Positions 23,886-33,362 are shown, counted from the stretch's first letter. The stretch is DNA of 33,362 nt from Octopus bimaculoides (GCF_001194135.2 NC_069005.1:5605386-5638747); one strand, 5' to 3'. Numbers and translations: made by a program. Notes: generated from the sequence alone by a model not told the origin.

Positions 23886-24249
23886 AGAGTATTATTCCAG
23901 TTGCCAGGAATGTGTTTAATGTGTAAAATTGTTATTTCCAATCATGTTACACCGCTATATTTAATGGCCGTTTAAGGGAATAAGTCCAGGGGTCAATTTC
24001 TTCGACTAAAGGGCGGTGCTCCAGCATGGCCACCGTCAAATGACTGACACAACTAAAAGAATAAAAGAATACCAGAAAAACCGTTCCGTACCACTAAACC
24101 AAGAAGGTTCTTTGAATATGTACGATGTATTCTAAGGTTAAATAATAATTCTGTTTACGTTTGTGTAACTGAGATATTATGGTTGGATTATAATAGTCAT
24201 TGATATTACATTACTTTCTATATTCTGTAACTGTCACAGTATACTTTTC

Positions 24250-24388
24250 TAGGCCTGAAATTTTTGTGAGGGAGGGGTCAGTTGATTAGATCGAGTCTAG
24301 TACACAACTGGTACTTAATTTATCGACTCCCTAATGGACCAAAGGCATAGTCGACCCCGGCAGGATTTGAACTCAGAACGTAAAGACA
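24250..24388 (-). mobile_element. SINE family C, diverged
   Basis: Minus strand: TTTACGTTCTGAGTTCAAATCC...GTCGATAAATTAAGTACCAG...AAATTTCAGGCC. Confidence 0.7.
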
Positions 24389-24571
24389 CACTGTTTACAG
24401 ATGCTTACATTTTTTATGTTTTCCGTGAATTTTTCGTGGGTCCAGCTAGTTATTATCATTATTATTATTGTTATTATTATTATTATTATTATCATCAATA
24501 TTTAGCAGACGCAACAGTGATTCAAAAACTGAGTTTCGTACGTATGCACCGGTAAATGATTTGTGTGTGTG

Positions 24572-24604
<33 letters not shown>

Positions 24605-24839
24605 AGGCGTACTTGCGCGCACGCACACACAGAGGAATCCTTTTTTCTTTTTTTATTAAAGTTTTCTCGTGTTTATTCTTACAGAGTAACTCAAAACTAT
24701 TTGCGATTCGCCTTGAAAGTACAGAAGTTTTCCTTCTTTCTTACATAAGTACTCAAAAAAAAATAATCCTAAAAATAAGTGGAAGGTAAAAATTTGTGGT
24801 CGTTGTTTGCCGGAATTGAAGTAATTAACGTTCTTATCA

Positions 24840-24959
24840 TGATGATGACGGTATGTAATATACACCGAAAGTGACGACGTTGACGGAAGTGGTGACCTAT
24901 TTTTGCTAAAAAGAGCGCCACTTTAAAATCAAAATCCATTTCGGACGCCCTTCATAGAA
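24840..24959 (+). promoter_or_regulatory. Putative DTYMK proximal promoter / 5' UTR
   Basis: Locally CpG-rich unique sequence directly upstream of the ATG. ETS-type CGGAAGT at 24884-24890, TGACG half-sites at 24846, 24872 and 24881, and GAGCG-CCAC-TTTAAA at 24913-24927. Motif matches only. Confidence 0.5.
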
Positions 24960-25107
24960 ATGATGTCCTTCGATCCACCTGAACTCCATCGCGGTCAGCT
25001 GTTTGTTTTTGAAGGAATTGACCGATGTGGCAAATCGACGCAATGTGAAAACTTAAAGTCAGCTCTAGAAGGTGTTGGACGCACCGTCGTCTTGTACAGT
25101 TTTCCAA
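24960..25107 (+). CDS. DTYMK: Thymidylate kinase, coding exon 1
   Basis: Translates MMSFDPPELHRGQLFVFEGIDRCGKSTQCENLKSALEGVGRTVVLYSFP, with the dTMP kinase P-loop (RG..FVFEGxDRxGKSTQ). Ends in phase 1 at donor A|GTAAGC. An in-frame TAA lies upstream at 24924. Confidence 0.95.
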
Positions 25108-25136
25108 GTAAGCCACCAAAACAAACAGAAATGTCT

Positions 25137-25171
<35 letters not shown>

Positions 25172-25429
25172 CTCTGTTGTGTTGTTAATGTAATCACAGC
25201 GTTGTCATACTTTTTTCGTTTGTAATAAGGTTTTGTTTTGTTTTTTGGTTCGTTGGTAGAGCTCAGTCCATCTTTGGGGCTAATGCACAATCGCACCCTT
25301 CCTTAAAAATTCCATTTTTTCTTAAATACGCACCAATTTATGAGAAACAAACAATGTTTGCCATTTGCTTTTTGTATTAGGCGCGTAATAACGATGTTAG
25401 AAGCCTTTTCGTTAAAAAAAAAAATTTTA

Positions 25430-25615
25430 ATAAAGATTTCAGGCCTTGTGCCTATTACTAAAAGAGTCTTTTTTTTATTATGGTGGTGAGCTGGCAGAAT
25501 TATGAGTGCATGGGGCACAAAGCCTAGCATTTTCCCAGCTCTTAATGTTCTGAGTTCAAATCCTGCTGAGGTCAACTTCGCCTTTCATCCTTCTGGGGTC
25601 ACTAAAATAAAGTAC
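25430..25615 (+). mobile_element. Family C tail followed by a family C head/core (DTYMK intron 1)
   Basis: ATTTCAGGCCTTGTGCCTA, then GGTGAGCTGGCAGAAT...CCTTTCATCCTTCTGGGGTC. Confidence 0.7.
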
Positions 25616-27300
25616 CAACCCCCATTCCGCCCCAAGTGTGTCCATATGTGAGAGAGAGAAAGAGATACTAACTGAAAAAGTATGCTGTTAAAATAAGTTC
25701 TGTTACATAACTGTTTTTAAATCAGTGGATAAATCCCAGCAATGACCTCGGATTCTCCAATACGTTTAAATTATAAAATGGGAGGTGGGGTAGAAAAAAA
25801 AATCATTACTTTTTTGTTCGTAAATTTGTTTTTTCTTACACACACACACACGAACTCACTTGGGAGAAAGAGAAACAAGGAAGGTAACCAGGTGGGATGT
25901 GCTAGAAACAATAGCTAAATCTCCCTTAAATTACACAACTTAGGTGCATAGTGCAAAACAAAAAAAATTGGGCCGAAATCGGTCCAAAAGTTAGGGTGTG
26001 AAAAAAAAGTAATGTTTAAAAAAAAATGTCCATAAGAAGTTCACCCCAATTATTTTGAAAGCCCTGGTGACATAAATTAGGAAAATCATCGTCAAAACGG
26101 AGGAAATCCAAGTTATGTTGGCATTCCTGATCCGAAACTCCGCCAATATTAGAATTTAATATGAAAAGCAAAAAAAGAAATGACACATATCGCATATTTC
26201 TACAAAATGAAACTTGGCATGATATGGGCAACACCCAATTTTTTAAAAAAAACCTTTTTTTTATTCATATTAAATTCTTATATAATCGGAATCTACACGA
26301 TCTGAAAGGTTTTTTTTTAAAATTAATTTCATTTAAAAATATTAATCTTTTGAATGTTATGGGGAAACAAAGTCGGGGAGGGGAGCAACTTGTGTAGGTA
26401 TGCTAATTTGTGTTCCAGACCCCAGCTTAACGGCAAAGCTGTTTTATTAAATTCTTCATCATTTTCAAAATAAGCTGAAATAAACGGCAGATTATTTCCT
26501 CGGAGTTCTGATATAACGGTTCGCCCCTTTTGATACCCTATCTGTGGGTTGATACGAACCTATTCTGAGACTACTCCTGGTTCTATGATATGTCCAGCTT
26601 TTTAAATTAAAACCTTCCAACAAAATTTCTTGTTTAATTATGTTTCAAACACCAAGTTTATCTTAGTAAACTTTCATTTTAGAAATTAAAAGGAAGTGAA
26701 TTTATTTCAACAACGCCTCTTTTGAAAACAAAACAGAATGGAATTTTCTACAAATANNNNNNNNNNNNNNNNNNNNNNNNNNNNNNNNNNNNNNNNNNNN
26801 NNNNNNNNNNNNNNNNNNNNNNNNNNNNNNNNNNNNNNNNNNNNNNNNNNNNNNNNNNNNNNNNNNNNNNNNNNNNNNNNNNNNNNNNNNNNNNNNNNNN
26901 NNNNNTAGTGCATGCAAACGCACATCAGTGGTAAGAAACTCTTGAAAGAGAGCTGAACAGCAAAACGTCTTCAGAGAAGAAACCCCCAACTCTGGCAAGT
27001 GGTCCGGTCCTTGACTTCTTACACTCAAAGGGGGCCGGGGCCATATCCAGGTCATGATTCCCGGATGCCCTTCTGCTGATAACTTTTCAGCCACTTGGAT
27101 GCTGGAGGCTTGTGCATTGGAACCAGTTGGAGATTTCATCTGGTTGTGACTCTTCTCCGTTGACTCATCTTTCGTACTTAAATAAGAAATAGCGTTGGTT
27201 GTCATGGTAGCAGTGAAACGTCAACATCATCACGACGGCTGACTCAGAGTTACTTCCCTTAGCATTAAAATACGAAAATATTGCTTTCAAACAATAGTCG

Positions 27301-27620
27301 TTTTTGTTCTTCCTCCACCAAATTCAGCTGGAACATCTCTCCGTTGTTTCTGATATTCCATTAAGGCTTCTAGTCCCGTTCTTTCTAGAAATTGATGAGA
27401 TTGTAAGCAGATTTGCCCACAAGGCCTCCGGTTCTAACCCCTATGTTGAGAACCACGACCCAGAAGTTTGCTTCCTTCAGGCCGATGGTCAGACTGGCGT
27501 ATTTTTCTTTTTCTATTCTACTTTCAATCAAAATCAGTAGATTTGATGAACAGGAATGAAATATGATACCCAGCTTCTAGCCACCCTTATTCATGATTTT
27601 CTGGTTAATTTGTTCATGTC
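27301..27620 (-). mobile_element. HERO-like non-LTR retroelement, degenerate RLE/C-terminal segment
   Basis: Minus strand: KLGIIFHSCSSNLLILIE (~RPDIVxHS...LIEL), KYASLTIGLKEA, G.VGKSAYNL and TRSLNGISETTERCSS*IWWRKNK (~ALKxLAExAExxSxWIWxRR). Confidence 0.6.
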
Positions 27621-28280
27621 AATGCTAAAGTTTTTCTGGCCTCTGCTACCTACACTATCAAAACTAGCACAGTCGAGGGCATGAATGCCAAAATCAACAA
27701 GTACACAAGGAAGTGGCTGGATAGCCCACCAGGTTTTACTTGTGTTGCACTCTACTATCGCAAGACCAAGCTGAAGCTACGTCTCAAGACCATTGTTGAG
27801 GAATACCAAGCTTGAAAAGACAAGGTTGTGAGGTCAGTTTGGCCCAACCTTAAGACAGGCAGGAAATGGAAAGTCCAGGAGGCACTGCATGCAGCAAAGG
27901 AAAGGCTTCTGATCAGAGAAATAATCGGTCACACTCAGGCCAAAGGAAGGGACTGGGCATAAAAATAGGAGAGTGGACAGAGACCAGGGGAGAGATGAGA
28001 AGAGATCCAATTGTACGGGAAGTGAAAAAGAGGATACTGTAAGAATCCGGAATGCAATATAGCCAAGCCTGCAGCAACAGTGGACGAGGTGGAAATGTGC
28101 ACGTGAGAAGTGTCTCAGCAGATGACATCTCAGAATATGCTTCATCCTCAGATCTGTCTATGAATCTCATGCTTTGGAATATGAACCTAGTGAAGTGGGG
28201 CAAATTAGATAATCCTGAGTGCTGCTGTGGTAGACAGAAATGGAACATGTTCTGAGCCCCAACAGAGTAGCACTAGAGCC
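27620..28280 (+). mobile_element. HERO-like non-LTR retroelement, post-RT to zinc-knuckle segment
   Basis: WPLL, TVEGMNAKINKYTRKWL..PPG...VALY...KLKL.LKTIVEEY, LKTGRKWKVQEA, EIIGHTQ, QQWTRW, FILRSVY, NLVKWGK...C..G...EHVLS. Frameshifts and stops present. Confidence 0.7.
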
Positions 28281-28559
28281 AAGAAAGATACATGTGGAGG
28301 CACAATCAAAAACTTCAGGAGATCATACATGTGATAAGCAGATCAGGAGTAAAGCCAAAATGTCCAACACCATTCCACACAGCAGGCAGTAGCAAATCAT
28401 GGCCAGGAACAGCTATGTCATACAGGCATCCGTGCCAGTGACATGTGAAATACGCCATTACACTCTGTAGAATGGTTGGCATTAGAATTGGCGTCCAGCC
28501 ATAGAAATCATCAGAACAGAAAGTACTTCAACTATACTTCTAACACCTTACTCTTTACT

Positions 28560-28933
28560 CTTTTACTTGTTTCAGTCATTTGACTGTAGCCATGCTGGAG
28601 CACCGCCTTTAGTTGAGCAAATCGACCCCAGGACTTATTCTTTGTAAGCCTAGTACTTATTCTATCAGTCTCTTTTGCCGGACTGCTAAGTTACGGGGAC
28701 GTAAACACACCAGCATCGGTTGTCAAGCGATGTTGGGGGAACAAACACACACATACATATACATATACGACAGGCTTCTTTCAGTTTCCGTTTACCAAAT
28801 CCATTCACAAGGCTTTGGTTGACCCGAGGCTATAGCAGAAGACACTTGCCCAAGGTGCCACGCAGTGGGACTGAACCCGGAACCATGTGGTTGCTAAACG
28901 AGCTACTTACCACAGAGCCACTCCTGCACCTAT
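28560..28933 (-). mobile_element. Full SINE A/B (DTYMK intron 1)
   Basis: Reverse complement of the 1-372 element with a short CA/TA spacer. Confidence 0.9.
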
Positions 28934-29414
28934 CTGTGTAATAAATGAATGAATGTCACCAAATCTCCCTCTTAGAAACGGACACCTTTAGTCGTACAGT
29001 GTAGTCCCAGATTCATCATCATCATCATTTAACATCACCTGCGAAAAATAAATGGAATTGTCACAGCTGGAATGTCTTTGGTCGTAGGTCTGTGCAATCG
29101 AGGTTGATTTGACACACTAAACAATGGTAGCAATATTTGTTTGATCTGCTAGAAATAGCAGCCAAATTTCCTTCAGATCACACCCCACTGCCTTCCAAAA
29201 AAGATGGAATGCAAAAAAATGTTATGATCATGGCTGGAACACCTTTGACCAGTGGTCTGTTTGGTCAGGGCTAAACAAATATTAGCTTGTAATTGGAGCA
29301 TCGTAATCAGTGATTTTCAATCAGGGTCCAGATAAGATTTTGCTGTTAGAATTCATCTGCCCTGCTATTTCTACCTGAAAATTACATTCTAATGGTAGAC
29401 ATGACTGTAAGGCG

Positions 29415-29562
29415 TAGGCGTGGCTGTGTAGTAAGAAGCTGGCTTCCCAACCATGTGCTTCCGGGTTCAGTCTTACTTCATGGCAAATGTCTTCTACTGT
29501 AGCCTCGGGCTGACCAAAAAGCCTTGTGAGTGGATTTTGTGGACAGAAACTGAAAGAAGCCC
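29415..29562 (+). mobile_element. SINE family A just upstream of the exon 2 acceptor
   Basis: Head and core, then (TG)n/(TA)n; ends about 65 bp before the exon. Confidence 0.85.
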
Positions 29563-29627
29563 AGTGTGTGTGTGTGTGTATATGTATATATTTATAAAGT
29601 CATTTTCTTTCCTTCCTCTTTCTGCAG

Positions 29628-29736
29628 ATCGTGATACGGCTATTGGTTCTGTGATAGATAAATATCTTAAGAAAGAAATAGATTTACCTGACCAAGCAAT
29701 CCACCTTCTCTTCACTGCTAATCGGTGGGAGACCAT
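29628..29736 (+). CDS. DTYMK: Thymidylate kinase, coding exon 2
   Basis: Polypyrimidine tract and TGCAG acceptor. In frame with exon 1: (N)RDTAIGSVIDKYLKKEIDLPDQAIHLLFTANRWET(M), giving the FPxR and HLLFxANRWE motifs. Donor AT|GTAAGT. Confidence 0.95.
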
Positions 29737-30038
29737 GTAAGTTGTTACCAATTTTTGTATCTTCTGTTGTTATTTTTTTTTACTTTCAAAGGATTTGTAT
29801 TGTATAAAGTATTTTCAGGCCAAGCAAGTCAAATTTTTCAAACCAAAATTTAGAGCTAAAAAAAGACAAGTAGGTTGACTTATATACCAAGACAACTTTC
29901 GGGGACCAAAAATTCCATGTGGAAAACAGCAGGATTTGGAAAGATAGTGACAGTGTTTGAATGTTTACAACATTAACCTATATGCTGAAAAATACAGTAA
30001 ATGATTGCATATGAGTGTGTGTGTGTGTGTGTATAAAT

Positions 30039-30495
30039 ATAGGTGTAGGAGTGGCTGTGTGGTAAGTAACTTGCTTACCAACTACATGGTTCTGGGTTCA
30101 GTCCCACTGCGTGGCACTTTGGGCAAGTGTCTTCTACTATATCCTCGGGCCGATCAAAGCCTTGTGAGTGGATTTGGTAGACAGAAACTGAAAGCCCGTC
30201 ATATATATATATATATATATGTGTGTTTGTCACCCCAACATNNNNNNNNNNTGGTAGACAGAAACTGAAAGCCCGTCATATATATATATATATATATGTG
30301 TGTTTGTCAACCCAACATCGCTTGACAACTGATGCTGGTGTGTTTAAGACCCCGTAACTTAGCGGTTCGGCAAAAGAGACCAATAGAATAAGTACTAGGC
30401 TTACAAAGAATAAGTCCAGGGGCGTCGAATTGCTCGACTAAAGGCAGTGCTCCAGCATGGCCGCAGTCAAATGACAAACAATTAAAAGAGTAAAA
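30039..30495 (+). mobile_element. Full SINE A/B (DTYMK intron 2)
   Basis: Head, core, (TA)n and tail; contains a 10-N gap with duplicated flanks. Confidence 0.9.
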
Positions 30496-30529
30496 AAAGG
30501 TATGATGTGTATGTTTGTGTATATTTACA

Positions 30530-30760
30530 GTGCCACTGGACTGGCTCCTGTGCAGATGGCACATAAAAAACACCATTTGAGCGTGGCTGTTGCCAGTACC
30601 TCCTGACTGGCCTTCGTGCGGGTGACACGTAAAAGCACCCACTACACTCTCGGAGTGGTTGGCGTTAGGAAGGGCATCCAGCTGTAGAAACTCTGGTGCA
30701 GCCATTTGGCTCGCCAGTCCTCAGTCAAACCGTCCAACCCATGCTAGCATGGAAAATGAT
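30530..30760 (+). mobile_element. Family E copy (intron 2)
   Basis: E core with an internal deletion after TAGAAACTCTG. Confidence 0.8.
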
Positions 30761-31000
30761 AAAAAGCCATCCAACCATGACCATCTTTGTCTTTTTATAT
30801 ATCAGGAACGACACTGGAGGGTGTGAATCAGTTCCCTCTCTGGTGCAGCCACCTGTTATAGGGAGTCTTTTTGGTGTGTCATTGTATTTAAACGAAAACC
30901 AGACTGAAGTGATGTTATTTACAAGGCCAACCTGTGACTTCTTTGTATGATGTTTACATTGAAAACTGCTATTAAGTTATATTTTTTATGTCATTTGCAG

Positions 31001-31091
31001 GAAAGATATCCAAAAGATGTTACTTAATGGTGTCACAGTTATCATGGACCGTTATGCTTACTCAGGAATTTGCTACTCTGTTGCTAAAGGG
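31001..31091 (+). CDS. DTYMK: Thymidylate kinase, coding exon 3
   Basis: TTTGCAG acceptor; KDIQKMLLNGVTVIMDRYAYSGICYSVAKG contains the DRY-x-x-SG motif; donor GGG|GTAAAT. Confidence 0.95.
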
Positions 31092-31475
31092 GTAAATATT
31101 GTTTTCTCTGTGTGTATCTTCTTTGTTGTCGCCACCATTGTTACTATGACCATTTAGCCATCCGCCTTCCATACTGGCATGAAATTCTGTTGCTAAAAGG
31201 ATAAATATTGTTCCCTGTGTGTGTGTGTCCTCATCATCATCTTCATCACCGTTTAGCATCCACCTTCCATACTGGCATGAAATTCTGTTGCTAAAAGGAT
31301 AAATATTGTTCCCTGTGTGTGTGTGTCCTCATCATCATCTTCATCACCGTTTAGCATCCACCTTCCATGCTGGCATGAAATTCTGTTGCTAAAAGGATAA
31401 ATATTGTTCCCTGTGTGTGTGTGTCCTCATCATCATCTTCATCACCGTTTAGCATCCACCTTCCATGCTGGCATG
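31077..31475 (+). repeat. 98-bp tandem array including the exon 3/intron 3 junction
   Basis: Units start at 31186, 31284 and 31382 (near-identical). A diverged 109-bp progenitor starts at 31077 inside exon 3. Confidence 0.9.
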
Positions 31476-31854
31476 AGTTGGACAATTCAGTAGGAGCTGT
31501 CAAGCCAGAGGATTGCACCATGCTCTGCTGTCCACTTTGGGGCAGTTTCTATGACTAAATTATCATCGTCATTCTAATGTCTGATTTTCTGTGCTTGCAT
31601 GGGTTGGATGGAATTTGTGGTGGTGCATTTTCTATGGCTGGATGACTTTCCTGTTGCCAACCCTTGCCAATGTTACCACATGACCAGACATGTATTCACA
31701 GCATATCGGAAATAACGGACACCACTTATTTACTCGTTTAGTAAATGAGACTACTACTGTCATGTGATGCCAAGACACAGACGGTAACACAAAGGCATGG
31801 TGCTCCAGCATGACCACAGCTGCATAGCTGAAATGAATAAAAGAATGTATATGA

Positions 31855-32005
31855 CAAGTGGGCTTCTTTCAGTTTCCATCTACCAAATCCAATCAGAAGG
31901 CTTTGGTCTACCTAGAGATAAAGAAGTTGCTTGTGCAAGATGCCATGCAGTGGGACTGAACCTGGAACCATGTGGTTGGGAAGCAAACTTACAATACAAC
32001 CACAC
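31855..32005 (-). mobile_element. SINE family A (intron 3), diverged
   Basis: GGGCTTCTTTCAGTTTCC...GCAGTGGGACTGAACCTGGAACCATGTGG. Confidence 0.8.
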
Positions 32006-32129
32006 TTGTACCTATTAATGATTTTATTTATAAATTAAATAATTGTAATTTTCTTTCCTCCCCAATATGAAAGATGGATGAATCAATGATTAAGCTGCTT
32101 CTGTAATTAATAAGTTAATTGGCTGTCAT

Positions 32130-32240
32130 CATTAGGATTCACTCCCACCACGTGACACCTTGGGAAAATGTCTTCTATAGCCTCAAGCCTACCGAAACCT
32201 TGAGTTGATTTGGTAGATGGAAACTGAAAGAAGCCCGTTA
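32130..32240 (+). mobile_element. SINE family A fragment
   Basis: GACACCTTGGGAAAATGTCTTC...GGAAACTGAAAGAAGCCCG. Confidence 0.7.
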
Positions 32241-32604
32241 TGTCTGTGTTTGTCCTCCANNNNNNNNNNNNNNNNNNNNNNNNNNNNNNNNNNNNNNNNN
32301 NNNNNNNNNNNNNNNNNNNNNNNNNNNNNNNNNNNNNNNNNNNNNNNNNNNNNNNNNNNNNNNNNNNNNNNNNNNNNNNNNNNNNNNNNNNNNNNNNNNN
32401 NNNNNNNNNNNNNNNNNNNNNNNNNNNNNNNNNNNNNNNNNNNNNNNNNNNNNNNNNNNNNNNNNNNNNNNNNNNNNNNNNNNNNNNNNNNNNNNNNNNN
32501 NNNNNNNNNNNNNNNNNNNNNNNNNNNNNNNNNNNNNNNNNNNNNNNNNNNNNNNNNNNNNTGTGAATAGGCTTGGATCAGTCTGCCTCTGTCTTGGTTT
32601 CTAG

Positions 32605-32606
<2 letters not shown>

Positions 32607-32636
<30 letters not shown>

Positions 32637-32722
32637 GTTTAACGTCCGCTTCCCATGCTAGCATGGGTTGGACGATTTGACTGAGGACAGGTGAACCAGA
32701 TGACTACACCAGGCTCCAATCT
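32607..32722 (-). mobile_element. Family E 3' fragment immediately upstream of exon 4
   Basis: (CAT)n CGTTTAACGTCCGC...CACCAGGCTCCAATCT. Confidence 0.85.
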
Positions 32723-32758
32723 ATCAACTGTAATTTGACTTTGTTTTGATTTTTGCAG

Positions 32759-32947
32759 ACCCTTTCGCTTTTATGGTGCAAGGCCCCTGATAGAGGCATC
32801 ATCAAACCGGATTGCATCTTCTTTCTTGATTTGAGTCCATTAAAAGCAAACAGACGAGCAGGTTTCGGTGAAGAACGTTACGAAGTGATAGAGTTCCAGG
32901 AGAAAGTTCGTGACCAATTTCTGAAAATAAAAGATAATTCTTGGAAG
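32759..32947 (+). CDS. DTYMK: Thymidylate kinase, coding exon 4 (CDS continues downstream)
   Basis: TTTTGCAG acceptor; TLSLLWCKAPDRGIIKPDCIFFLDLSPLKANRRAGFGEERYEVIEFQEKVRDQFLKIKDNSWK contains WC..PD.G..KPD and LID RxxFGxERYE; donor AAG|GTAACC; no stop codon reached. Confidence 0.95.
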
Positions 32948-32952
32948 GTAAC

Positions 32953-32971
32953 CTTCTCTCTCTCTCTCTCA

Positions 32972-33050
<79 letters not shown>
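32953..33050. repeat. (CT)n microsatellite at the start of intron 4
   Basis: About 98 bp of nearly pure CT starting 5 nt after the donor G. Confidence 0.95.
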
Positions 33051-33053
<3 letters not shown>

Positions 33054-33062
33054 TATATACAG

Positions 33063-33149
33063 AAGTGTCGATCACTTAAAGTTGATGGGACTGGTGGAAG
33101 AGGGAAACTAAGAAGACAAGAAACTAACCCTTATGAAGGAGATGATTAA
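33063..33149 (+). mobile_element. Probable RTE-like LINE C-terminal remnant
   Basis: KCRSLKVDGTGGRGK resembles the KC..L.V.G...RGRP terminal motif of RTE ORFs. Confidence 0.45.
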
Positions 33150-33164
33150 GGACTGAGATATTTG

Positions 33165-33362
33165 GTGCTGGTGCCATGGAAAAAGCACCCAGTACACTCT
33201 GTAGAGTGGTTGGCATTAGGAAGGGTATCCAGCCATAGAAACCATGCCAGAATAGACAATGGAGCCTGGTCCGACCCTTGGCTTTACCAGCACCCAGTAC
33301 ACTCTGTAGAGTGGTTGGCATTAGGAAGGGTATCCAGCCATAGAAACCATGCCAGAATAGAC
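33165..33362 (+). mobile_element. Family E-like copy with an internal direct duplication
   Basis: 33185-33257 is repeated exactly at 33290-33362 (period 105 bp). Confidence 0.75.

Noticed and set aside
24924-24959. N-terminal mitochondrial targeting extension of DTYMK
   Set aside because: An in-frame TAA at 24924 and no upstream ATG in frame.
25014-25040. Cys in the DTYMK P-loop (GIDRCGKST) as a novelty
   Set aside because: This position varies among eukaryotic dTMP kinases (Ala, Thr, Ser, Cys); the key P-loop, DRY and LID residues are intact.
26990-27200. HDV-like or hammerhead ribozyme beside the HERO-like element
   Set aside because: Small hairpins are visible, but I could not build the nested pseudoknot or find a CUGANGA/GAAA core; an Infernal search would be needed.
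30177-30316. ~65-bp direct repeat around a 10-N gap
   Set aside because: Typical unmerged contig overlap at a microsatellite; most likely an assembly artefact.
5121-31475. CRISPR-like or other regularly interspaced repeat system
   Set aside because: The dispersed repeats are irregularly spaced retroposons with Pol III boxes or simple-repeat tails. The only regular array (98 bp) has identical units and no unique spacers, and the DNA is eukaryotic.
4423-33321. Recurrent peptides such as LQLDALPNANHSESVVGAF and GLLSVSVYQIHSQGFG
   Set aside because: Chance translations of SINE families E and A; the repetition reflects copy number, not a gene family.

Overview
AT-rich, microsatellite- and SINE-dense animal genomic DNA from a gappy draft assembly (13 N-gaps, roughly 6 kb). 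The repeat landscape strongly suggests an octopus (coleoid cephalopod); this is an inference. The one identifiable gene is thymidylate kinase (DTYMK), + strand, with four GT-AG coding exons at 24960-25107, 29628-29736, 31001-31091 and 32759-32947 that splice in frame to 179 aa; the normal last exon is probably beyond the window. One well-formed 150-nt + strand exon at 2377-2526 belongs to an upstream gene I cannot name. The rest is three or four SINE-like families, decayed LINE fragments (RTE-like, R4/Dong-like, HERO-like), short TIR elements and simple repeats. Nearly all ORFs in the supplied track are artefacts of N-runs, microsatellites or SINEs. I found no novel multi-gene system. The most notable local structures are a HERO-like retroelement with twin-priming inversion geometry, a tandem array that copies the DTYMK exon-3 donor with GT changed to AT, inverted SINE pairs bracketing DTYMK exons, and a possible LINE-derived alternative last exon.
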